Source: Candidatus Spongiisociaceae bacterium (GTDB taxonomy: Bacteria; Actinomycetota; Acidimicrobiia; Spongiisociales; Spongiisociaceae). From it: a stretch of 64,000 bases of DNA. The notes under the pieces are model-generated. The model worked only from the letters and a program-made list of their open reading frames with translations. It was not told where the DNA came from and did no database searches. The DNA is taken from NCBI GenBank assembly GCA_965262915.1, contig OZ253564.1, positions 608,001-672,000 of the forward strand, given 5' to 3'. The position numbers and the translations under genes were made by a program. Shown here one piece after another: positions 40,351-52,199 of this stretch; within the stretch, counting starts at the first letter, position 1, and every line of letters starts with the position of its first letter.

Positions 40351-41974
40351 TTCGGGTTGGGTCGGGTTCGGGTTGGTGGGTCAGGGCCCGGTGTAGGAAG
40401 CTGGCCATTTGTGCTCGGGTGACCGCCTGGTTGGGGCAGTATTGGGGTGGGCCGGTAGTAGCGCATCCTGCGGTGATACCGGCGGCGGCGAGGGTGTCGA
40501 TGTTGGCTTCGTGGACGTTGCCTTCGATATCGTCGAACCCGGCGGGTGTTTGGGCTGGGGCCAGTTGGAACGCTCTGGTTAGGAAGCTGGCCATCTGCGC
40601 TCGGGTGACCGCCTGGTCGGGGCAGTACCGGGGCGGGCCAGTAGCACACCCGGCGGTGACGCCTAGGTCGGCGAGCTGCTCGACGTGGCGGATCCACCAC
40701 TGGCCGCCGGCGATGTCACCGAAGCGGGAAACACCTGCGACAGGGGCTTCGCCACCGAGGACACGGATCAGCCATACGGCCATCGTCCATCGGCGGATGG
40801 GATCTTGGGGACAGAACAGCCCGTCGCCGCATCCGGTATCTACAAACAGGCCGTCTGCGGCTAGCGCGTCGATAGCGGGGGCATGCACTCCTTCTGCGGC
40901 AACGTCGGAGAAAACGGTTGTGTACCCGACAGTTACCGGGTTGGGGGGTGCGGCCGCCACGGTCTTGCCCGACCCGAACGGGTCCCCGTAGGTGGCCATC
41001 ACCCGCAGCTGGTGGCCCTCGTCGTCGGTGTCGGGGGTGTACACAGCCGAGGCGGCGTCTGGGATGAGTGCCCACGTGGTCCCGTCGGTGGAGCGTTCCC
41101 AAACCCAGCCGATGTTGGTGGCACCGTCGGGGTCGACTAGTACGGCTTGGAGGGGTTGGCCGACTCTGGGTGTCGGCGCGGATAGGGTGACCCATCCGGG
41201 GTCGTCTCTGTTGGTGACCCCAATCGTTACCCGGATGGAGTCGTCCCGCCGCCTGTCGGCCTCGCCGGCAGGGTCTTTGCTGTCCCGCACCTCTACGGTG
41301 ACCGTGTAACTGTTCTCGGTTTCGTAATCCAGGGCTGCCTTGGTTTTGAGCTGACCCGTTTCGGTGTCGAGGTCGAACGATTCGGCGTCGACGCCGGCCA
41401 GCTTGTAGATGAGAGGGTCCCCTTCGGGGTCGGCGGCGCCGACTGGTCCACCAACATTGGTCCCGGCGGGGCTGTTCTCCGCCACTGTCCGCATAGTTCG
41501 GGAACCCTCAGCGAACTCGGGCGGCTCGTTAGCACCCGGCGGCAAAGGCGCAGGACCCCCACCTCCGCCGCCACCTCCACCGCCTCCTCCACCGCCGCCG
41601 CCACCGCCTCCGGTCTGCGGTGGGGATGTTGGTGGGGGTGTTGGACGTGGGGGTGTTGGTCGTGCCGGGTTCGGAACGTGGTCGGTAGTGGCGGCGGTGG
41701 CGTCCTTGGTGGGGCCCTCGGCGTCGTCGTAGGTGACAACAACTTGGAGGTAGTGGCCCCTATCCGCGGTGGTCGGCGTGTAGGAATCCCCCTCCGCGCC
41801 GGGGATCGGAGTCCAGTACTGGTTGTTCTGGGACCGTTCCCACCGCCACACCCGGCCGCGGATCTCCCCGTCGGGATCCTCGAGAACAGCCGACATCTCA
41901 ACATCCACCTCCGGGCGGGCGGGCGTCAGCGTGACCGTACCCTTCTCCTCCTGGTTGGTCACCGACACCGTCAC
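40298..41974 (-). CDS. C-terminal part of the LRR-cadherin protein: Ig/cadherin-like domains, P/G linker, 3 SLH; tail runs into the IS3 end
   Basis: VAENSPAGTNVG, LDYET, poly-Gly, FSDVAAEGVHAPAIDALAADG, TRAQMASFL; separated from the upstream ORF by a frameshift at ~41985. Confidence 0.85.
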   Translation of the reverse strand: MTVSVTNQEEKGTVTLTPARPEVDVEMSAVLEDPDGEIRGRVWRWERSQNNQYWTPIPGAEGDSYTPTTADRGHYLQVVVTYDDAEGPTKDATAATTDHVPNPARPTPPRPTPPPTSPPQTGGGGGGGGGGGGGGGGGGGPAPLPPGANEPPEFAEGSRTMRTVAENSPAGTNVGGPVGAADPEGDPLIYKLAGVDAESFDLDTETGQLKTKAALDYETENSYTVTVEVRDSKDPAGEADRRRDDSIRVTIGVTNRDDPGWVTLSAPTPRVGQPLQAVLVDPDGATNIGWVWERSTDGTTWALIPDAASAVYTPDTDDEGHQLRVMATYGDPFGSGKTVAAAPPNPVTVGYTTVFSDVAAEGVHAPAIDALAADGLFVDTGCGDGLFCPQDPIRRWTMAVWLIRVLGGEAPVAGVSRFGDIAGGQWWIRHVEQLADLGVTAGCATGPPRYCPDQAVTRAQMASFLTRAFQLAPAQTPAGFDDIEGNVHEANIDTLAAAGITAGCATTGPPQYCPNQAVTRAQMASFLHRALTHQPEPDPTRTGVAPLLWTVSVRGSAG

Positions 41975-44900
41975 TGTCCGGCTGGGGGTAGGGTATACGT
42001 GCCGTCGGACGCTTCCACGATCACCACATAGATGTTGTTCCCGCCAGAGCCGGTCGGCGCTTCGTAGTCCGGTGGGCTGCTGAAGGTGAGCACACCCCCG
42101 CGGCTGATCGCGAAATCGTCCTGGTCGGCCCCCTCCAGGGTCCAGACAATGGTGGCACCCTCGGGGTCGTCCGCGGTGTAGGAAGCAACCGCGCCCCTGC
42201 TGTTCTCGTCGTAGTCAACCGCAGTCGGACCGCTCAGATCCGGTGGCTCATCGATGTTGGTGACATCGACCCGTACCCCGATGCGGTCGAACTCACCCGA
42301 CGAATCGGTAACAACCAGCATCATCGAATACGACCGCTTCCCCTCGTCGTAGTCAAGCGGCGCCTCGGTGCGTAGCTGCCCCGACAACTCGTCAATGTCG
42401 AACGCGGCCGCGTTGACACCCTCCAGCTTGTAGGTGAGCGTGTCCTCGGCGTTGTCGTCGGTGGCTTCCACCGGATCGCCAAACTCACGACCGGCAGGGG
42501 TGTTCTCCTCCACCTCCCGCCGGCCGGTCTCCGACGAGGGGAAGGACGGGGCGGTGTTGGGCGCCGACGGCGCCTCCTGCACCGCATTGGTCGACACCGC
42601 CTCAGCTGCCTTACCCGAACCCTCCCCATCGGTGTAAGAGGCCGTAACCCGAAGATAATGGTTGAGATCAGCATCCACAGGCGTGTAAGCATCCTCGGTG
42701 GCGCCCCCGATAGTCGCCCAGCCGCCACTGCCCTGCCTCCGCTCCCACACCCAGGTGACAGCTATAACCGACCCGTCAGGATCGGACAGATCCGCCCCCA
42801 ACCCGGTGCCCACCTGCGGCTGAGCCGACGACAAACGCACCACACCCGGCTCGTCCTCATTGATCACCGTAACCGTCACCGGCCGCATGGAAGTGTTCAC
42901 CCCGTCCCCAGCCTCCACCACCACGCTGTAAACGTTGTCACCACGGCCCGAATCATCAGGCGACTCGTAATCCGGTGACCTGCGGAAGCGCAGCACACCC
43001 GAATCGGACAACTCCAAATCCCCCGCATCGGTACCCGCCAGAGACAACGTCACCGGACTCCCCTCAGGATCCGAAGCCGAATACACACCCACCGGACCGG
43101 CGCCGTTCTCCACATAATCAACATCGTCGCGGCCGGACACGATCGGCGCCTCGTTGACATCGGTGACCGTCACCACCACATCCAGGCTGCCGTCCAAAGC
43201 CCGCACAGTCACCAAATACACATTGTCCTCACCCGAATCGGCAGGCAACTCGTGGTTCGGTATCTCACGGAAGCTCAACACACCGCTAGCAGAGATCTCG
43301 AAGTCGCCTGCGTCTGTTCCGGTCAGCGACCAGGTGATGTCGCCCCCTTCGGGATCGGTAGCCGTGTACCGGGCAACCTGATCGGTGCGGTTCTCCGCAT
43401 AGTCGGGGCTGGCATCACCAGTGATCACAGCCGCCTCGTTGATGTTGGTGACCGTTACTGTCACGTCCAAGGTGCCGTAACTGGTCACGTCCCGGGCCCG
43501 CACCGTCACCTCATACACGTTGTCCCGATTCGAATCGGCAGGCGACTCGTAGTTCGGTGACAGGCGGAAGCTCAACACACCACCAGCAACAGCGAAATCG
43601 CCCGCATCCGTACCCGCTAGCGACCACGTCACCGTCTCACCCTCAGGATCCGACGCCGTGTACCTGGCAACCCGGTCGGTGCGGTTCTCCGCGTAATCAG
43701 GGCTGGGGTCACCGCTGACCACAGCCGCCTCGTTGATGTTGGTGACCGTCACCGTCACAGCAAGGGTGCCGTAACTGGTCCCGTCCCGGGCCCGCACCGT
43801 CACCTCATACACGTTGTCCCGATTCGAATCGGCAGGCAACTCGTGGTTCGGTATCTCACGGAAGCTCAACACACCGCTAGCAGAGATCTCGAAGTCGCCT
43901 GCGTCTGTTCCGGTCAGCGACCAGGTGATGTCGCCCCCTTCAGGATCGGTAGCCGTGTACCTAGCAACCCGGTCGGTGCGGTTCTCCGCGTAATCAGGGC
44001 TGGCATCACCACTAATCACAGCCGCCTCGTTGATGTTGGTGACCGTTACTGTCACAGCAAGGGTGCCGTAACTGGTCACGTCCCGGGCCCGCACCGTCAC
44101 CTCATACACGTTGTCCCGATTCGAATCGGCAGGCGACTCGTAGTTCGGTGACAGGCGGAAGCTCAACACACCACCAGCAACAGCGAAATCGCCCGCATCC
44201 GTACCCGCTAGCGACCACGTCACCGTCTCACCCTCAGGATCCGACGCCGTGTACCTGGCAACCCGGCCGGTGCGGTTCTCCGCGTAATCAGGGCTGGGGT
44301 CACCGCTGACCACAGCCGCCTCGTTGATGTTGGTGACCGTCACCGTCACAGCAAGGGTGCCGTAACTGGTCCCGTCCCGGGCCCGCACCGTCACCTCATA
44401 CACGTTGTCCCGATTCGAATCGGCAGGCAACTCGTGGTTCGGTATCTCACGGAAGCTCAACACACCACTAGCAGAGATCTCGAAGTCGCCTGCGTCTGTT
44501 CCGGTCAGCGACCAGGTGATGTCGCCCCCTTCAGGATCGGTAGCCGTGTACCTAGCAACCCGGCCGGTGCGGTTCTCCGCGTAATCAGGGCTGGCACTAC
44601 CGCTGATCACAGCCGGCTCATCCACGTCGGTGACCGTTACGGTCACGTCGATCATGCCGTCAGCAGTGACGTCGGGGTTGCCGTCGAGGTCTTTGCTGTC
44701 GTGGACTGAGACTGTGACGGAGTAGTTGGGTTTGGTCTCGTGATCCAAAGCAGTCTTGGTCTGTAACTGACCCGTCGAGGTCACGATGTCGAACGATGAG
44801 GCGTCCGTTCCGCCGAGGGTGTAGGTGAGCGTGTCGTTCTCTGGGTCGTCCGCCGCTACCGGAGCACCAACGGGCCGACCTGCGGGGGTGTTCTCGGGCA

Positions 44901-47338
44901 CGGTTCGGCCTGTCTCAGAGGTGGGGAATTCGGGTGAGGTGTTCGGTGCTGTGGCGCGTGTCACCTCCACGGTGATGGTCTGCTTGGGGGTGGCGTCCGA
45001 TGAAGTGACTTCGATGGTGATCACATTTGGACCCACGTCGAGTGGTACCGATTCTCCGCTTGTATAGGTGTCCTCGTCTTTCGTGATGGACACGCTGTCA
45101 TCGGTGTTGTGGGTCGTCGCAGTTACTGTGGTTTCCATATTGTTGCCCACCGAGGCGGTATAGGTTGTTGTGCCGGTGGCGAACTTCGGTGTGAGGGTCC
45201 CGTTGCTGAGCGTCAGCGTCCTGAGCATGCAGAACGGTAGGTCCAGGCCGGGGACATCGCCGTCGTCGTTGGTATCGCCGTCGTTGTTGGCGTCCACCTC
45301 GATGAAGTCATGGGCTGGGGTGCTGTCGTAATCGTTTGAAACGCCCAGCAGATGGCGCAACCCGAGGGGAACGCATCCGGTCAACGAATTGAGCGCGAAT
45401 CGCACGTTCTGCAGGTAGGTGAGGTCACCCAGCTCCGCCGGGATCGACCCAGTCAACCGGTTGTCCTTCAAGCCCAACTGCTCCAGGTAGGTGAGGCCAC
45501 CCAGCTCCGCCGGGATCGACCCGCTCAACTGGTTGCCCGACAAGTCCAACTGCTCCAGGTAGGTGATGCCACCCAGCTCCGCCGGGATCGACCCAGTCAA
45601 CTGGTTATCGTGGAGTTGCAGGCGCCCCAGGTTGGTGAGGTCACCCAGCTCGGTCGGGATCGACCCAGTCAACTGGTTGCCCGACAAGGACAGATCTGCC
45701 AGGTTGGTGAGGCCACCCAGCTGCTCCGGGATCGGCCCACTCAACTGGTTGTCATTCAAGGACAGATAGGTCAGGTCGGTGAGGCCACCCAGCTCCGCCG
45801 GGATCGGCCCAGTCAACTGGTTATCGTGGAGTTGCAGGCGCCCCAGGTAGGTGATGCCACCCAGCTCGGTCGGGATCGACCCAGTCAACTGGTTGTCATT
45901 CAAGTACAGATAGAACAGGTTGATGAGTTTACCCAGCTCGGTCGGGATCGACCTGCTCAACAGGTTGCCCGACAAGTCCAACTGCCCCAGGTTGATGAGT
46001 TTACCCAGCTCGGTCGGGATCGGCCCGCTCAACTGGTTGCCCGACAAGGACAGATCTGTCAGGTTGGTGAGGTCACCCAGCTTGGTCGGGATCGGCCCGC
46101 TCAACTGGTTGCGGGCCATGTTAAGGGTTTCGAGGTTGGTGAGATTACCCAGCTCGGTCGGGATCGACCCGCTCAACTGGTTGTCATTCAAGGACAGATG
46201 GGTCAGGTTGGTGAGGCCATCCAGCTCCGCCGGGATCGGCCCGTTCAACTGGTTTTCCGTCAAGATCAGGGTTTCGAGGTTGGTGAGATTACCCAGCTCC
46301 GCCGGGATCGACCCGCTCAACTGGTTGTGATCCAGACCCAGATTGGTCAGGTTGGTGAGGCCATCCAGCTCCGCCGGGATCGGCCCGCTCAACTGGTTTT
46401 CCGCCAAGCCCAACAGCCTCAGGTTGGTGAGGTCACCCAGCTCCGCCGGGATCGGCCCGCTCAACTGGTTGCGGGCCATGTTAAGGGTTTCGAGGTTGGT
46501 GAGATTACCCAGCTCCGCCGGGATCGACCCGCTCAACTGGTTGGCCTGCAGACCCAGATAGGTCAGGTTGGTGAGGTCACCCAGCTTCGCCGGGATCGGC
46601 CCGCTCAACAGGTTGCCCGACAAGTCCAGATAGGTCAGGTTGGTGAGGTCACCGAGCTCCGCCGGGATCGACCCGCTCAACTGGTTATACTTCAGCCCCA
46701 AATACCTGACAAGGCCGTCGGCGTCGGTCCTCACGCCAAACCACGTGCTGAGTTCTGCAGTGGTATTCCAGTTGGTGCTGTTCAACCAACTCGTACCGTT
46801 TGTGCTGTTGTACAGGGCCACCAGCGCGGCCCGGTCCGTTTCTACCGTCCTGGTAGCGCCCTGCGCGAACCTCGTACCGTCCACGTCCAGTTCCGTACCG
46901 TCGAACGTATTGCTTGTTTGGGTACCGGAAGCAAAACTATGGAAGAGCTCTTCGTAATTCTTATCCTTGGCTGAGACGGAAGCGAGATCCCCCGACTTGT
47001 TCAGCGTGAAGGCGTCGGAGTCCGCGCCGCCCGCTTTGGTCCAGGTCAAGTCGATGGTGAGACCCGTCCAGCTATCTATAGAAGTTGAGTCGGACCAATT
47101 CAAAGTAGCAGTTCCCGCAAGGGTGTCCCGCGCTGCTAACAGCGTTTCACAATCGGCTGCCAGCCCGGGATTGTTTGTAGGGTCCCGGACCGCAACCCCA
47201 TTCGAACAGTCAGGTGTCTGAGCAAAACCCGGTGACAGTCCCAAAAACAAGCCAGCAAACACCGCGAGTGCCAGTACACGGATAGCAGGGCGCGTCACAC
47301 GACGGTACGACACTGCGGGGGGGGGGGGGGGGAGACAT
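41971..47338 (-). CDS. Giant secreted protein with ~18 plant-type 24-aa LRRs and multiple cadherin-like domains
   Basis: Signal peptide (VLALAVFAGLFLGLSPGFAQ), DRAALVALY...W.GV cap, L.G.IP.ELG.L..L..L.L..NQ repeats, cadherin D.D/PNYE motifs; the ATG at 47338 is out of frame across a C16 tract. Confidence 0.9.
43200..44610 (-). repeat. 591-bp tandem repeat (two cadherin domains per unit), about 2.4 copies
   Basis: Shadow ORFs recur at 43252, 43843 and 44434. Confidence 0.9.
47317..47332. repeat. G16/C16 homopolymer at the 5' end of the LRR-cadherin gene
   Basis: 16 consecutive G on the + strand. Confidence 0.95.
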
Positions 47339-47768
47339 GAACGGTCACGAGGTTCTCCGTGGCTGTAGTACGGCACCGTTGGTGTAGGGAGGTTGTGCCC
47401 GTCGGGCAGGTGTGGCTGTTTGAGGGGTATCGAAGAGGTGGGAGGGGGTGGCGGGGATGGTCTCTGGTCGTCGCTGGTATTTGGTGCTGATGGTTTCCGG
47501 TGTGAGCCGACACCGCGATAGCGAACCGTAGCCCGGGGTGTTATCGACTGTCGGGGTTGTCGGGTCGGGGTAGTCAACAGCAGCCGGATCTGAGAGTTCG
47601 GGTTGCTCGTGCACGTTGGTAACCGTCGGGATCATCCCGACGCTGTCGCGTTGGTGTCTGCGTTTGGAGGCACTCGACTCGCCACGATGAGGGTGGCAGC
47701 AGAACCGGCTCCGGTCTTTTCGAATCGACTTGCACGACTGTTGCCTCCCCGGTCAGGTCCATGTTTGC

Positions 47769-49201
47769 GGCTCATCGGATTTCAGTGGGGAGTGACCGAT
47801 GGGAGTAGGTCCCAGTTGGGTTTCCCCGCGTAGAGAAGGGCGCGGATTCGGTAGTTCGCGAAGTTGCGGAACCCGAACGCTGCTCGTTTGATCCGTTTGA
47901 TGAGGTTGTTGAGGGCTTCGGTGGGTCCGTTGGTTACCTTCGAGATGTGCCAGTTGGTGATCTGGGGGGTCCAGCGGGCGATGGTACGACCCAGCTTGTT
48001 GATCTCGGGTGGGCAGGATTCGTGTTGGAGGTCGTCTGCGAGCTGGAGGGTGTATCGGAGAGCAAGGACCGGACTCTCGATCCCGTAGATGCCTCGTACC
48101 GTCTCTTTCGCGTGCCAGGCTGTGCGCACTTCCCCGTAGGGGTCACCAGCATCGAGGAGACCACGCAGCCGTATTTGACCCCGGTCGCTGATCCTCTCAT
48201 GCGCAGCGGTTAGGAGCCGCCGTATCCGATACAGCGGGTCATCCTTGCGGCCTCGATGCCCGAGGGTTTCGTTTTGGACTCTTCGTCGTACCTCGTCGAG
48301 ACGCTGGTTGGCGAGGCGGATGACGTGGAACGGGTCCGCTACCTGCAGCGCGTGCGGCAGCACCCTGTCATACGCCTTCCGATACGAACCGGACATGTCC
48401 AACACCGCCCAGCGGATAGCCTCACACCATTCGGTGGGTTGTGACCGGAACCAGGCTGCGGCGCTTTCTGCTGTTCTACCAGGGACTATGTCGATCAGCT
48501 GGTGGCCGCCAACGTCGACGACAGAGGTGCACCAGACTTTGGTACGCCAACGGCCCCGACGCCAGAACAACGTCTCGTCCACTCCCACAGCTTCGACGGT
48601 CCCGACCCGATCGGTGTCTGCTTCCAGCAGCGCTTCGCCCCAGCGGCCAACCTCTTTGTTCACCGTATGCCAATCACAACCAAGTTCTGCGGCGACCTCG
48701 TCGACCGAACGGCCCCGCCCACCCACCTGGATGGTCACCCACCGGGCCGCTCGGGATGTCAACAACGCCCGTTGGGGACCAATCTTGGGGTCTTGTTCGA
48801 TGAACGATCTGAGCGCACAGTCGGGGTTCGGACATGTCCAGCGCCGTTTCCGCCACCGCAGCCGCACAGGCCGGCCGAACGCCGGTAAATCCACCAACAC
48901 AACCGTCCGATAGCCCTTCGACCACACCGACCCGCCACAGGACTCACACAACGGCCGGGGCTTGCGGGACCGGATCACCACCTCCAACGGTGCCTCCTCG
49001 CCCGGGTCGTTGATCCCTACCAGATCAACCTCACCTAGGCCTACCAACTTCTCGCACATGCGCGTAGGATCAGCTTCCACAGGGGTCCTCCTGCCTCGGA
49101 TGTCATTACCAACACCCGATTATGGAGGACCCCTCCTCACTTCTGGTGGATTCCAACTCCCCCTGGCAGATCCCCTACTCCCCACTCATTTCCGAAGAGC
49201 C
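47769..49201 (-). mobile_element. Intact ISL3-family element with 8-bp target duplication ATGTTTGC
   Basis: Ends GGCTCATCGG / CCGAAGAGCC; ATGTTTGC at 47761-47768 and 49202-49209. Confidence 0.95.
47782..49080 (-). CDS. ISL3-family transposase
   Basis: Zn finger CESC...CPNPDC, VGVDET, LDMSGSY, VADPFHV, TNGPTEALNNLIKRIKRAAFGFRNF. Confidence 0.95.
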   Translation of the reverse strand: MEADPTRMCEKLVGLGEVDLVGINDPGEEAPLEVVIRSRKPRPLCESCGGSVWSKGYRTVVLVDLPAFGRPVRLRWRKRRWTCPNPDCALRSFIEQDPKIGPQRALLTSRAARWVTIQVGGRGRSVDEVAAELGCDWHTVNKEVGRWGEALLEADTDRVGTVEAVGVDETLFWRRGRWRTKVWCTSVVDVGGHQLIDIVPGRTAESAAAWFRSQPTEWCEAIRWAVLDMSGSYRKAYDRVLPHALQVADPFHVIRLANQRLDEVRRRVQNETLGHRGRKDDPLYRIRRLLTAAHERISDRGQIRLRGLLDAGDPYGEVRTAWHAKETVRGIYGIESPVLALRYTLQLADDLQHESCPPEINKLGRTIARWTPQITNWHISKVTNGPTEALNNLIKRIKRAAFGFRNFANYRIRALLYAGKPNWDLLPSVTPH

Positions 49202-49701
49202 ATGTTTGCGAGGCCGGTGACATACTGATCGGCTCATGAAATCTGTGAGCAGATTACCAAAAGGGAAGGCTGGTTACTGCATCAAATAAGGCAGACAGAT
49301 TCTTGTGCTAACAACAAGCAGACCTATGTCTTAGTGAAGCTGTGCCGAGAACACTCATACTTGTAAAACGACCGGGGGGTCTATCAAATCGAACAGTGGT
49401 TGTGCACACCCGTATAGACATAATATGTCTTGTGCTACTCGCTAGTAGGCCTATCCCATATGTCGGGTGGCTAGAACGCTTCGTGGCATAATCAGATCCG
49501 CCAGATCCGTCCCCGACGTCCCTCCAGCGGAAGGGTGCTCCGCTGCACGGTCTTCCATGTCGGGAGGGCTAGCTGACACTGGCGTAGCCTCGCCAAACCT
49601 GCCCCTCCGAAGAACCAGGGCTTTAGACTTGGTGAACGGAAAGCACCCGGCCATCCTGCAAAGGGTCCGCCGCCGGTGCCCGGAACCCGACACGAGGACT
49701 C

Positions 49702-49874
49702 ATGAACATGCTGCGCGTACCGATGATCATCCTGGCCGTTCTTTATCTTGCCTTCTCGGTATTCACCGCAGGGGTGGGGGCCTTCGCCGACGGTGGCACG
49801 ATCCCCGAGCGTATCCTCATAAGCCTCATCCACCCCACAGCCGCCACCTGCTCCTCATGGCGGTCTCCTTTTCG
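49702..49874 (+). pseudogene. 5' half of a small membrane-protein gene split by a composite transposon
   Basis: MNMLRVPMIILAVLYLAFSVF...LLLMAVSFS (one frameshift ~49845); continues in frame at 55467. Confidence 0.78.
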
Positions 49875-50195
49875 GGCTCTTCGGAAATGGCTGGGGAGTC
49901 GGTGATCCACAAGAGGTGACGAGGGGCTCCTTCATAATCGGATTTCAGCAAACAACCTCTCCGAGGCAGGAGGCCCCCCTGGTGGGGGGTGATCCTACGC
50001 GTATGTACGAGTTGCTGGTGGGTCTGGGCGCGGTAGAACTGGTCGGGACCGAAGACGGTGATGGGTGGCTGGGGGTGGTGATACGCAGCTGTATGCCCCG
50101 GCCGGTGGGTGAAGCGTGTGGTGGAGGTCGGTGTGGTCCAAGGGTGAGGGGACGGTGGTGAGCGTCCACCCAAGCCGGTCAACCTCAGACTGTAA

Positions 50196-51857
50196 CTACG
50201 GGGTTTCCGTATGTTGATCCGTCGGATCGCAGAAAGGCCAGCCATAGCGATCGAGCATTAGCCTGTCGAGCTCCTTGCTAAGCTTTGGGCCGGCAAGCCG
50301 TGAAGTCTCGGGCTCCAACGCTGTATACACCTCGAGCAGTGTACAACGGACCATATTCCCAGTCTCGGTTGGATCGATATTGACTGTGGCTGAGGAGATC
50401 AGGTTGGTAACCGACGCGATGGGTGAATGCCGGTCAACCTGGGTAAGTCGCGCGTTGGTGAGGAGGGTCATGGTCAGCCCGATCCCTAGGCACATGGCAA
50501 GACCGATCGTCAGGACTCTGTTAACCGTGTTGGAACGGAACAAACCGAGGATCAGGACCAGCACACCGATGATTATGAATGACCAACCCGTTTGAGTAAG
50601 TAGGGTATCACGCCAGCCGTGATCGATGCGGCTCGTCTGTATCCACCGAGACAGCGAAATCAACAACGTCGATAACGCAACGATCGTAGTACCAAAGAGC
50701 CCGAGTATGATACCGAGACGAATCCTTGTGGATGAGACAGAGGCCGCTGGATGGACCTGTTGGTCGCCGGCTGGTTGAATCACGGTATTCCCAGCCTGGG
50801 ATGTGGCCGCCACGGCCGCTAGTATCGTTACGGCTACGATAGCCGCTAGGAGTAAGACCAAGAACGAGTTAGCAATCAGGTCCCACATACCGAACTCAGG
50901 GCCATACTTCCGAACGAGGCCCGAGACAAGCGACCATCCCGCTGGCGGTGTGGCACTGAAGGCTCTTACCGGTAGCACTTCGATGATGTCCTGCGACAGG
51001 CTGATATCCGTCCCGACGTAGCACGGTTCCCGGCTACAGCGTGTAGCGATCTCAATACGGGTAGGTACGAAGACCGCCAGGAAGCCGACGCTAAGAGCAG
51101 ACCACCGACGTACAGCGGCGCTACGAAGTAGGCTCCGAACTGACATACACGACGCTGCTGCACGGGCGACTATAAAAGTCGCTGCCAATGGTACCGCGAT
51201 ATAGACGAGGTCATAGTAACTAGCAGCGATCGCGCCTAACAGTGCCATCCCAACTAGCTCGTACCATGTCAGTGAACGCGGCTGCATATCGATATCACGA
51301 GCGACTAGTAACGCGACAAGAAATATGAACCCGACTGCAGTAATAAACACGAATGAAAAGTGTACCAGAGGTCCTGAGCGGCCATTAGCTACGAGCACAA
51401 CACCTAGGACCAATGGGTAGAGTACTGTAGCGGGTGAATTGAGATGTAACCCGGATGATCGTGCTAAAACAGCGACAACGTTAGTACAGATATAGGCCAG
51501 TATGAGGACTGCTAGAATCCGGAAAACACCCATGACCACATGTGGTGATAGCCGGGTCGCCTCTGCGACTTCAAACGCGAATCCGGTCAATAGTCCTTCA
51601 ACTAGCCGTCCCAGCGGTCTGAAGTTTCCGCGGTTCAGATAGCTGTCAGTACTATCGTACGCGTAATGAATGGCATTGAGCCATTCATCGCGTTCGAAGT
51701 AAGCGGCTTTGTAGATGGTCAGGCGTTCATCCAAGTGGAAGGCGAATCCAGCAAGAGGCGCTGTGACCAAGAGTGCGGGGGCTACTTTCCAGAGCCGTAG
51801 GTCTAGTATACGCCCTAAAGTCATAGATAATGAGTATAGCGTATCAAGCTGTCGCAA
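50196..51857 (-). CDS. Multi-pass membrane protein, possibly a GT-C-fold glycosyltransferase; lower GC than flanks
   Basis: ~11 hydrophobic segments, DE after TM1, GNFRPLG loop, small Cys-containing C-terminal domain. Confidence 0.6.
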   Translation of the reverse strand: MRQLDTLYSLSMTLGRILDLRLWKVAPALLVTAPLAGFAFHLDERLTIYKAAYFERDEWLNAIHYAYDSTDSYLNRGNFRPLGRLVEGLLTGFAFEVAEATRLSPHVVMGVFRILAVLILAYICTNVVAVLARSSGLHLNSPATVLYPLVLGVVLVANGRSGPLVHFSFVFITAVGFIFLVALLVARDIDMQPRSLTWYELVGMALLGAIAASYYDLVYIAVPLAATFIVARAAASCMSVRSLLRSAAVRRWSALSVGFLAVFVPTRIEIATRCSREPCYVGTDISLSQDIIEVLPVRAFSATPPAGWSLVSGLVRKYGPEFGMWDLIANSFLVLLLAAIVAVTILAAVAATSQAGNTVIQPAGDQQVHPAASVSSTRIRLGIILGLFGTTIVALSTLLISLSRWIQTSRIDHGWRDTLLTQTGWSFIIIGVLVLILGLFRSNTVNRVLTIGLAMCLGIGLTMTLLTNARLTQVDRHSPIASVTNLISSATVNIDPTETGNMVRCTLLEVYTALEPETSRLAGPKLSKELDRLMLDRYGWPFCDPTDQHTETP

Positions 51858-52199
51858 TAGCGGATTGCGTTTTCGGCGGTGCTTCGTGTTGGAGTTGGGG
51901 TCGTAGTGATGGTGGGGGGTGTAAATGCTTGAGGACGATATGGCGGTCTCCGATTTGTAGGAACAATGGAAGGCTCGGCTGATCGGCCCAGCGGGTTCGG
52001 TCGGTAAACCAGCAAGACGGCCAGCTCAGAGAACTAATCCCGGTTGGAGCGCCGAGAAGCCGTCAGGGCCAACACAGCCGGCGTGCTTCTACGCTCGATT
52101 CCGTTCCGGACTCCACTAGAAGCAACCGGCAAGGCGCTCGCGTGGGATCGGGTACGCGAGATCCGCGAGGTATCGACACTGTCTGGAGGCGATTACCGG

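Noticed and set aside
38231-46720. Diversity-generating retroelement (template/variable repeats among LRR, RCC1 or FN3 duplicates)
   Set aside because: No reverse transcriptase in the window, and the differences seen are not adenine-specific.
47339-47577. Long N-terminal extension of the LRR-cadherin ORF
   Set aside because: Low-complexity sequence upstream of the signal peptide, partly a cadherin-gene remnant; unlikely to be translated.
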